Source: Gekko japonicus
Lineage: Eukaryota
Direction: 5' to 3'
NCBI RefSeq assembly: GCF_001447785.1
Contig: NW_015167085.1
Span: 310,001-374,000, forward strand
DNA: 64,000 nucleotides
Shown in pieces: positions 23,691 through 33,316 of this stretch. The notes under the pieces are model-generated. The model ran no database searches. It saw only the letters and a program-made list of their open reading frames with translations, and was not told where the DNA came from. Within the stretch, counting starts at the first letter, position 1, and each line of letters begins with the position of its first letter. The position numbers were made by a program, and so were the translations under genes.

Positions 23691-26249
23691 CTAGCAGTAA
23701 AGCCCGTTGTGAAAGCAATACAACGGGATCTAGAAAGAGGCTCTGGGGCAGTGCTCTGGCTTTGGGCAAACAGTGTCAATTTGCTGTGGTGACCTCAGCA
23801 GGGTATAATGACAGAGTCCACTGTTTTCTCCAGAGGAACTGATCTCTGCTACCTGAAGAGCAGTTGTAATTGTGAGTAATCTGTAGCCCTCACCTGGAGA
23901 TTGGCAACAATTGTTACCCAGGACGAAATGGCTGGTTTGGAGGACGGAGTCTATGGCATTCTACCTGTCTGAGGTCCCACCCCTCTGCAAATCCCACCCT
24001 CTCCAGGCTCCACCCCTCAAATCCCCAGGAATTTGTTAGCATGTAGTTGGCAACCCCATCTCCTTCCCAGCTAGCCATCAACCTACCATTATCTGCCCCT
24101 TTGACTTCAGCTGACTTCTGCCCTCCCTTCTGCAGAGCAGTTGTAATACTGAGTGCTCTCCAGCCCTCACCTGGAGATTGGCAACAATGGTTCCCTATGT
24201 GGGACTGACTGGTTTGGAGGGTAGAGTCTATGGCAGTGTACCTGTCTGAGGTCCCACCCCTCCTCAAACCTCACCCTCTTCAGGCTCCATCCCTCAAGTC
24301 TCCAGGAATTTCCCATCTGGAGTTGGCAACCCTATCAGGATTGGCCCCAATGTGTTTTCTCCCAAAGGCCAAAGTAGGTGACAGGACCAAGCTTAGTTGC
24401 CTACCAACAGGCACTGAGGGGAATGTAGGGTTGCCAGCTCTAAGGAGGGAAATACCTGGAGGTTTTGGGGGTGGATTCTGTAGAGGGACGGGCAACGGAG
24501 GCATCGGCCTTCCGTCCCCCACCTCGCCCCCCCAATCTCGGCCCGGGCGACCGTGGCTCCCGCCATCGGCTGGCCAACTCCAGACCCCCCCGCAGCCACT
24601 CCAGCCAGGCGANNNNNNNNNNNNNNNNNNNNNNNNNNNNNNNNNNNNNNNNNNNNNNNNNNNNNNNNNNNNNNNNNNNNNNNNNNNNNNNNNNNNNNNN
24701 NNNNNNNNNNNNNNNNNNNNNNNNNNNNNNNNNNNNNNNNNNNNNNNNNNNNNNNNNNNNNNNNNNNNNNNNNNNNNNNNNNNNNNNNNNNNNNNNNNNN
24801 NNNNNNNNNNNNNNNNNNNNNNNNNNNNNNNNNNNNNNNNNNNNNNNNNNNNNNNNNNNNNNNNNNNNNNNNNNNNNNNNNNNNNNNNNNNNNNNNNNNN
24901 NNNNNNNNNNNNNNNNNNNNNNNNNNNNNNNNNNNNNNNNNNNNNNNNNNNNNNNNNNNNNNNNNNNNNNNNNNNNNNNNNNNNNNNNNNNNNNNNNNNN
25001 NNNNNNNNNNNNNNNNNNNNNNNNNNNNNNNNNNNNNNNNNNNNNNNNNNNNNNNNNNNNNNNNNNNNNNNNNNNNNNNNNNNNNNNNNNNNNNNNNNNN
25101 NNNNCAGGGCCGACATCCAGCCGCAGGGTCCGTTTCCCCCCACCCAACCCCACTCACTCCAGGGCCGGCGACTGGAGGTGCAAGCCTCCGGCTGCCGGGT
25201 CCGTTTCCACCCTCCCCCACTCCAGGACCGGAGACAGGAGGCAGAAGCCTCCGGTCGCCCACTCCCTTCCCCTCCCCCACCACCCACTCCCAACAGGCAC
25301 TGAGGGGAATGTAGGGTTGCCAGCTCTAAGGAGGGAAATACCTGGAGGTTTGGGGGGTGGATTCTGTAGAGGGCAGCATTGGGCGGGGGGGGGGCGGAAG
25401 GACTCAGCAGGTATAATGTCATAGGGTCTACCCTCCTAAAGCAGTCATTTTCTCTAGGGGAACTGATCTCTGTCATCTGGAGATCAATTGTAGCAGTGGG
25501 AGATCTCCAGGTCCCACCTGGAGATTGGCAACCCTAGGGGGAAGTCAGCTGCACAGCAGGGGGTTGAAGAGAATGGTTTGATGGCTGCTGGGCCAAGATT
25601 GGCAACAATAGTTCCCCAGGAGCCCCATCGTAAATGCACCAAACAATTCCTCAAGATTTTCCAAAACACTTCTCTGTTTTGGGCTCCTGGGGAACTTTGA
25701 AGTAGCACCAAAGCTTTAAGATCTCTCCAGCTGTCACCTGGAGACTGGCAACAGCTTGTCTGGAGTGTGGGCAGCATGGCATTGTATCTGTCTGAGGTCC
25801 CCCTCTTCCTCCTCCTCCTCAGATCCCACCCTCAGCAGGCTTCATCCCTAAAATATCCTGGAAGTTTCCAACCTGGAGTTGGCAACCCTATGTCCTGGAG
25901 TTCCAACCTGGAGTTGGCAACCATCAGCCAACCTTTATCTGCCTCTCTGTCTTTACAAAAAAAACCCCCCCCACACACACAGCCTCTGCCTAGGGAGCAG
26001 CTGACATCATTCTCCTCTCCCAACTGAAAATTCCAACTGCCTTGGGGGGGGGGGTGAGTTTGAGGTGTGGAATGGAGTGTAGTCCAATCAGCTTCCATAT
26101 GTAAATGACCTTGGAACACTGGCCGGGACTGCACAAAGCAGCCAATGAACCCAGCCAGTGTCTTCCGAGTGGCAGTTTTTTCAGCCTAACACTAAAGGGG
26201 CCAATTTTAGAACTTTGGCACCCACTATTCTTTTATTATAAGGGAGAGA
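23691..26249 (-). mobile_element. Non-autonomous Helitron (copy B) carrying captured hAT-MITE and SINE fragments and a GC-rich minisatellite
   Basis: Minus strand starts A|TCTCTCCCTTATAATAAAAG; perfect 8-bp stem CCCGTTGT/ACAACGGG (23703-23727) lies 8 nt from the terminal CTAG|T; AT target. Confidence 0.8.
24613..25104. other. Assembly gap inside a GC-rich repeat
   Basis: Run of N. Confidence 1.
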
Positions 26250-28390
26250 TAGCAATCTAGCAGTTAATGTTTCTTTTAAAAGCTTGAAAAAAATGCTCTG
26301 AAGGTATGGGGGAGGGGGGAAACTTGGAAAACGATGGGCAGTATTTTCCAAATTCCTGTGTGCATGTTCCATTCCCATGTGAATGCCTCTGCATTTGTGG
26401 TAGCAATGACAAGGATATGGAGAATCACTGCTGTGTGGGTGCAGTCTGTGATTCAGAATAACACTGAATGACTTCTTAACTGTACTATTTAATATATAAC
26501 CTGAGTTTTCTAATGTTACTTGACCTGTCTTTTTCTTTCTGTACCTTTAGAGAGCATGCTTGTGTGTATGCATGAGACAGGCTGACCACCACCTCAGTGG
26601 GACCTCACAAGTAACAGCAATATCTTTGCTGTTCTTGCTTTCAGCTGACAGATTGCTCCATTTCATGCTGTCATACCAGAAGCACCATATTCAGACATCA
26701 CACTATGATTTGATCACATCCCAGTTAGTTAAGCCATATTAGCCAAAGTACGTGTTATATTTTGTTGGCAAATGAGGTTGGGGTTCCTGGATCTGACTTG
26801 CTTAGGAATGTCATTTTAAAGAAGGGCAGGAAGGAACCCAGTTCTGCTTGGAACTTCAGTATGGGGCTCCTGCTTTCCACCCCTTGCTGTTTTCTGGAGC
26901 CGAAATGTGGGGAGTATTCTGAGAACATGTAGCTTCAAAGTTATGCATATAGCTCCCTGATGAGGCCGTTTCTGCTTGCAGAAAACAGCACAGAGGGAAA
27001 GGCAGGAGCCTATCTTCTCCCCCATTCCTCAGTTACAGACAGAAATGGGATTTTGCCGATTTTTAAAATGACATTCTCTGCAGCAGCTTTGTGGCCGCAG
27101 GGAAAGCGAACTGAATCCTGGGAACCCCAGTCCAACTCACAATAAACTGTAACATGTAGTTTGGCCCTTACGTAGGAAAGGAGTAAAATCAGTCCAAAAC
27201 ATTGGGGGGGGGGGGAGGGGGGGGGTTGGTTTTACAGATATGACTCTTCTCTGGGCTTATAATAAAGGTATAATTACATGAGCTGAAAAGGCAATGCTGT
27301 AAGTTGAAGATATTCATAATTCAAATTCATATAAGTAGGAACTGTCAGTTTTCTGAATAAAACTGATTAGAACGCAAATTAGAATACTTTTCTTTGGAAC
27401 ATGCTGAACATCTGTCTGCAAATAGCCAACTTTGTTACTACAGGAGCCGATGGGAAAACAGAAGTGTAGCCCTACCTGAACGTAACACGACTGAGTTTAT
27501 ATTTCAGTTCTTGCCTCAGCCATATTTTTTTCCAGCCAGTTTTTCATGAGCTATAGAAAACAGCTTTGAAATCCCATTAAGACCACTTCAAATAGGAACT
27601 TGATTATGTTAAAGATCAGAGGGTTTGACAAATAATGATTTCTTGCTCTCTGCTCTTTGCAAAATGCTCTTGGATTGTTTTTGTATCTGAAGGAGTTGAA
27701 GAGCTTTTTTTTTTTTTTTAAGTGTTTTGGCAGAGTTGTACTGCTGATAAGTTCCCATCAGTCAGTGTTTGATAATAGTACTGAAAATAATTAAGTCCAG
27801 TACTGAAACAGATGTTTAAGCAAGACAGGAAGTGGTAGTCACATTTTTCTTGTGGCTTTGGGTAGCAAAGCTGGTGCGAAAGACATAGAGGAAAGAATCA
27901 AATCTTTTCTTCAGTATTCTTCCTTCTTCTCAGATAAGCACCATGCATCAAATACTGAAAGGCATAAAGTCACCTGCAGGAAATTAAATAAATCACTTTA
28001 ATGACAGACTGAAAAGGTGATATACTAAGCTTTATTCCCCACTAAACTGGTACCACATATGTCTTGCATTTAAACACAAAGGCTTGAATCCTGTGAAGCT
28101 GGAGTACAAGAATGCTTGTAAATGTGGGTTTTCTGCTGTCCTTCAACATCGGATGCTAGAGGTTGCAGAAGCCACATGGAGAAAAAGCCACATGGCCTGT
28201 GTGGGGGCTGCAGTGAGGATTTCCCTTCCTCTTTGATCAATGCTGCTTCTGCTGGTGCAAGAGCTTCCTATTGGTAGAAGAACTGTGTTTATATGGCTCT
28301 GCTCCACACTGCAGCCCCCTGAGTTGCATGGGGGTTTGGGGGGGAGGGTCTATGTAGACTCCACAACCTACACCATCAACTCTTCAGTAT

Positions 28391-31300
28391 GTTGTTGTTG
28401 TTGTTCAGTCGCACAGTCGAGTCCGACTCTTCGCGACCCCATGGATCATCTTCCGCCAGGCCCTCCTGTCTTCCGCCGTCCTCTGAAGTTGGCTCAATTT
28501 CATGTTTGTTGCATCGATGACACTGTCTAACCATCTCATCCTTTGCCGTCCCCGTCTTCTTTGACCTTCAATCTTTCCCAGCATCAGGGTCTTCTCCAGT
28601 GAGTGCTCCCTTCTCATTTGGTGGCCAAAGTATTTGAGCTTCAGTTTCATTATCTGGCCTTCCAGGGAACAGTCAGGGTTGATTTCTTTTAGGACTGACT
28701 GATTTGATTTTTTTGCAGTCCAAGGGACTCTCAAAAGTCTTCTCCAGCACCATAGTTCAAAAGAATCTATTCTTCGGCTCTCGGCCTTCCTTATAGTCCA
28801 ACTCTTGCAGCCATACATGACTACTGGGAATACCATTGCTTTGACCATGCGGACTTTTGTTGGCAGGGTGATGTCTCTACTTTTTATCATGCTGTTTAGG
28901 TTCGCCATCGCTTTCCTCCCAAGGAGCAGGCGTCTTTTAATTTCATGGCTGCAGTCACAGTCTGCGGTGATCTGGGATCCCAGGAACGTGAAGTCTGTCA
29001 CTACTTCCACGACTTCCCCTTCTATTTGCCAAGGAGTGATGGGGCCGGATGCCATGATCTTAGTTTTTTTGATGTTGAGCTTCAAGCCCACTTTTGCGCT
29101 CTCCTCTTTTACCCTGAGCAAGAGGCTCTTGAGGTCCTCTTCACTTTCTGCCATCAGAGTGGTATCGTCTGCATATCTGAGGTTGTTGATCTTTTCCCCA
29201 GCAATCTTAATTCCCGCTTGTGATTCATCCAGGCCAGCATTTCGCATGATGTACTCTGCATATATATTAAATAAGCAAGGTGACAGTATACATCCTTGTC
29301 GTACTCCTTTTCCTATGCTGAACCAATCAGTTGTTCCATATCCGGTTCTAACTGTCGCTTCTTGGCCCTTATACAGGTTTCTCAAGAGACATGTGAGGTG
29401 GTCTGGTACTCCCATCTCTTTAAGGACCTGCCATAGTTTGTTGTGATCCACACAGTCAAAAGCTTTAGCATAGTCAATGAAGCAGAAGTAGATATTTTTC
29501 TGGTACTCTCTTGCTTTCTCCATAATCCAGCGAATGTTGGAAATTTGATCTCTAGTTCCTCTACCTCTTCGAAACCCAGCTTGTACTTCTGGTAGTTCTC
29601 TATCCACGTACTGTTGAAGCCTAGCTTGTAGGATCTTGAGCATGACCTTGCTAGCGTGTGATATGAGTGCAATTGTGCGATAGTTTGAACATTCCTTGGC
29701 ATTGCCCTTCTTTGGGATTGGAATGTATACTGATCTTTTCCAATCCTGTGGCCACTGTTGCGTTTTCCAAATTTGCTGGCAAATGGAGTGCAGCACTTTA
29801 ACAGCATCATCTTCTAAGACTTTGAATAGCTCAGCTGGAATACCATCACCTCCACTAGCTTTGTTGTTAGCAATGCTTTCTAAGGCCCATTTAACTTCAC
29901 ATTCCAGGATGTCTGGCTCGAGGTCAGTGATTATACCGTCGTGGTTGTCAAGGACATCGAGGTCTTTCTTGTATAGTTCTTCTGTGTATTCTTGCCATCT
30001 TTTCCTAATCTCTTCTGCTTCTGTTAGGTCCCTACCGTTTTTGTCCTTTATCATGGCCAGCTTTGCATGGAACGCTCCCTTGATTTCTCCAATTTTCTTG
30101 AAGAGATCTCTAGTCCTTCCCATTCTATTGTTTTCTTCTATTACTTTGCACTGTTCATTCAGGAAGGCCTCCTTATCTCTCCTTGCTGTTCTCTGGAAAT
30201 CTGCGTTCAGTTGGGTAAATCTTTCCTTTTCGCCTTTGCCTTTCGCTTTCCTTCTTTCCTCTGCTATTTGTAAAGCCTCATCAGAAAGCCACTTTGCTTT
30301 CTTACATTTCTTTTTCTTTGGGATGGTGGTGATTGCTGCCTCCTGTACGATGTCACGAACCTCTGTCCATAGTTCTTCAGGCACTCTATCTATCAAATCC
30401 AGACCCTTGAATCTATTCTTCACCTCTACTGTATATTCATCAGGGATGCGATCTAGGTCAAACCTGAATGGCCTCGTGGTTTTCCCGATTTTCTTCAGTT
30501 TAAGTCTGAATTTTGCAATGAGTAGCTCATGATCTGAACCACAGTCAGCTCCAGGTCTTGTTTTTACTGACTGGATAGAGCTTCTCCATCTTTGACTGCA
30601 AATTATATAGTCAATCTGATTTCGGTGTTGCCCATCTGGTGATGTCCATGTGTAGAGTCGCCTCTTAGGTTGTTGGAAAAGGGTGTTCGCTATGACCAGT
30701 GTGTTCTCTTGACAAAACTCTGTTAACCTTTGCCCTGCTTCATTTTGCTTTCCAAGGCCAAACTTGTCTGTTATTCCAGTTACCTTTTGACTTCCTACTT
30801 TAGCATTCCAGTCCCCTATGATGATGAGGACATCATTTTTTGGTGTTAGTTCTAGGAGGTGTTGTAGGTCTTCATAGAACCGGTCCACTTCAGCCTCTTC
30901 TGCATCAGTGGTTGGGGCATAGACTTGGATTACTGTGATGTTGAATGGTTTGCCTTGGAATCGGACAGAAATCATTCTGTCATTTTTGAGATTGTATCCC
31001 AGTACTGCCTTTTGCACTCTCTTGTTGACTATAAAGGCCACACCATTTTTTCTACGAGATTCCTGGCCACAGTAGTAGATATAATGGTCTTCTGAGTTAA
31101 ATTCGCCCATTCCTGTCCACTTTAGTTCACTGATTCCTAGGATATCGATGTTCAGTCTTGCCATCTCATTTTTGACCACGTCAAGCTTACCTTGATTCAT
31201 AGATCTTACATTCCAGGTTCCTATGTAGTATTGTTCTTTGCAGCATTGGACTTTCCTTTCACCATCAGACACATCCACAACTGAGCGTCCTTTCGGCTTT

Positions 31301-31614
31301 GGCCCAGCCGCTTCACTCTTTCTGGGGTTACTTGTACTTGTCCTCTGCTCTTCCTCAGTAGCATATTGGACACCTTCCGACCTGAGGGGCTCATCTTCCG
31401 GCGTCATATCTTTTAGCCTTTTGATACTGTCCATGGGGTTTTCTTGGCAAAAATACTGGAGTGGGTTGCCATTTCCTTCTCCAGGTGGATCACGCTTGGT
31501 CTGAGTTCTCTGCTGTGGCCTGTCCGTCTTGGGTGGCCCTTCACGGCATAGCCCACAGCTTCATTGAACTGCACAAGCCCCCTCGCCACGACAAGGCAGT
31601 GATCCATGAGGGGG
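28391..31614 (-). mobile_element. Full-length RTE-BovB LINE
   Basis: 5' end CCCCCTCATGGATCACTGCCTTGTCGTGG, shared with the second copy; BovB-type GGAGAAGGAAATGGCAACCCACTCCAGTAT; (CAA)n 3' tail. Confidence 0.97.
28405..31434 (-). CDS. BovB ORF, APE endonuclease plus reverse transcriptase, 1009 aa, uninterrupted
   Basis: GTWNVRS, ISELKW, QVYAPT, GDWNAKVG, QIDYI, SDHELL; NYRTIALIS, QAGFR, FIDYAKAFD, GVRQGCILSP, LRYADD. Confidence 0.96.
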   Translation of the reverse strand: MDSIKRLKDMTPEDEPLRSEGVQYATEEEQRTSTSNPRKSEAAGPKPKGRSVVDVSDGERKVQCCKEQYYIGTWNVRSMNQGKLDVVKNEMARLNIDILGISELKWTGMGEFNSEDHYIYYCGQESRRKNGVAFIVNKRVQKAVLGYNLKNDRMISVRFQGKPFNITVIQVYAPTTDAEEAEVDRFYEDLQHLLELTPKNDVLIIIGDWNAKVGSQKVTGITDKFGLGKQNEAGQRLTEFCQENTLVIANTLFQQPKRRLYTWTSPDGQHRNQIDYIICSQRWRSSIQSVKTRPGADCGSDHELLIAKFRLKLKKIGKTTRPFRFDLDRIPDEYTVEVKNRFKGLDLIDRVPEELWTEVRDIVQEAAITTIPKKKKCKKAKWLSDEALQIAEERRKAKGKGEKERFTQLNADFQRTARRDKEAFLNEQCKVIEENNRMGRTRDLFKKIGEIKGAFHAKLAMIKDKNGRDLTEAEEIRKRWQEYTEELYKKDLDVLDNHDGIITDLEPDILECEVKWALESIANNKASGGDGIPAELFKVLEDDAVKVLHSICQQIWKTQQWPQDWKRSVYIPIPKKGNAKECSNYRTIALISHASKVMLKILQARLQQYVDRELPEVQAGFRRGRGTRDQISNIRWIMEKAREYQKNIYFCFIDYAKAFDCVDHNKLWQVLKEMGVPDHLTCLLRNLYKGQEATVRTGYGTTDWFSIGKGVRQGCILSPCLFNIYAEYIMRNAGLDESQAGIKIAGEKINNLRYADDTTLMAESEEDLKSLLLRVKEESAKVGLKLNIKKTKIMASGPITPWQIEGEVVEVVTDFTFLGSQITADCDCSHEIKRRLLLGRKAMANLNSMIKSRDITLPTKVRMVKAMVFPVVMYGCKSWTIRKAESRRIDSFELWCWRRLLRVPWTAKKSNQSVLKEINPDCSLEGQIMKLKLKYFGHQMRREHSLEKTLMLGKIEGQRRRGRQRMRWLDSVIDATNMKLSQLQRTAEDRRAWRKMIHGVAKSRTRLCD

Positions 31615-32459
31615 AAAATTGGCCATAATGAGTACCAAATAACCAAAAGGTTAGATTTATGTTTTAGTCAGAGTCTTGATGTAGAAATCTGAAAACTTAC
31701 ACTACACAGGAACAGGTATATCCTTAAGCCAAATAGATATTTACCAGCTAGCAAATATGAGTTGTAATTGTCTGCATATGCACCCACGTTTTGCAACTGG
31801 GGAATGTTACTGTTTTAGTTATGAATATTGCTGAAGTCTGAGTTCTATCTTCCAGCTACTTACAACTTATTTACCTAGTATTGTTCAATGCTCCACAGCA
31901 AATCAAAGCAACAGGTGGAGAACTGTCTGTTTCTATTCTTCTAGTCTTTGAACCTTTGTGGTATGGATTATGTTAGATATTTATAAAATGTCACAGCATT
32001 CTGTAGGAGGCATTGCCCCCCCCCCCCACCCTTCAGGCTTTGCCCCCCATAATGCAGGAGAAGCGGCTTGAACGAGACAGTCTTGTACAATCAAAACAGC
32101 ATGCTTTGTGGAAAATAAAAACATGATTAGATGACCGCTGTGTGTCTATTTTGCTTCTTTAAGAGCTACCAACATTTCACTGTGGGGAAGAGTAGTGGAT
32201 GTGACGTGGTTTAGGTCAAATATAGTTCACATTCCACTGTTAGGTCAGTGTTGCTTTTTTAATATGTCTGTATCCTGTTTGTGGTTTTGTTTTCTTTTTT
32301 AAAAAATGTATTATGTTGGTCCAATTCCCCTTCTCCATTCCTCCCTCCAAGCATACTGTTACACTTCTTGTTCTTTCTCATAAAAAGTTCATTTCATAAA
32401 GGCTTACTCATGCAGTCTTCTTTGGAAGTCATTTCATTAATTTCTTGAAGAACATGCAT

Positions 32460-32476
32460 TTGTTGTTCAGTCGCAT
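32460..32476 (-). mobile_element. 17-bp BovB 3'-terminal micro-insertion
   Basis: TTGTTGTTCAGTCGCA is identical to the BovB 3' end; flanked by ACATGCAT at 32452-32459 and 32477-32484. Confidence 0.7.
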
Positions 32477-32632
32477 ACATGCATGCAAACTTCTCCCACT
32501 CCCGAGAAGTTTAAATTGTTGAGATGACTTCATTCTGAGACACAGTGGCTAAGATTTAAAAAAAAAAAAAAAAAAACTTGAACCCACTGTTGCAGTATCT
32601 GAATAGACTGTCCAGTGAGGAAAACTGCAACC

Positions 32633-33316
32633 TACTGTAGTGTTGAATGGTTTGCCTTGGAAACGGACCGAAATCATTCTGTCATTTTTGAGGTTGTATC
32701 CCAGTACTGACTTTTGCACTCTCTTGTTGACTATAAAGGCCACGCCATTTTTTCTACGAGATTCCTGGCCACAGTAGTAGATATAATGGTCTTCTGAGTT
32801 AAATTTGCCCATTCCTGTCCACTTTAGTTCACTGATTCCTAGGATATCTATGTTCAGTCTTGCCATCTCATTTTTGACCACATCAAGCTTACCTTGATTC
32901 ATAGATCTTACATTCCATGTTCCTATGTAGTATTGTTCTTTGCAGCATCGAACTTTCCTTTCACCATCAGACACATCCACAACTGAGCGTCCTTTCGGCT
33001 TTGGCCCAGCCGCTTCACTCTTTCTGGGGTTACTTGTACTTGCCCTCTGCTCTTCCTCAGTAGCATATTGGACACCTTCCGACCTTAGGGGCTCATCTTC
33101 CGGCGTCATATCTTTTAGCCTTTTGTTACTGTCCATAGGGTTTTCTTGGCAAAGATACTGGAGTGGGTTGCCATTTCCTTCTCCAGGGGGATAACTCTTG
33201 GTCTGAGTTCTCTGCTGTGGCCTCTCCATCTTGGGTGGCCCTTCACGGCATAGCCCACAGCTTCATTGAACTGCTCAAGCCCCCTCGCCACGACAAGGCA
33301 GTGATCCATGAGGGGG
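32633..33316 (-). mobile_element. BovB 5'-only fragment (5'UTR and start of APE)
   Basis: Near-identical to 30931-31614; same 5' terminus; stops at ...GKPFN. Confidence 0.95.

Noticed and set aside
24230-25476. Long ORFs of 237-398 aa on both strands
   Set aside because: They read through a 492-N gap and low-complexity GC repeats; no protein signal
28805-30532. 213-aa and 278-aa plus-strand ORFs
   Set aside because: Antisense shadows of the BovB ORF
28380-31630. TSD around the full-length BovB
   Set aside because: The flanks (..CTTCAGTAT and AAAATTGGCC..) share no convincing repeat
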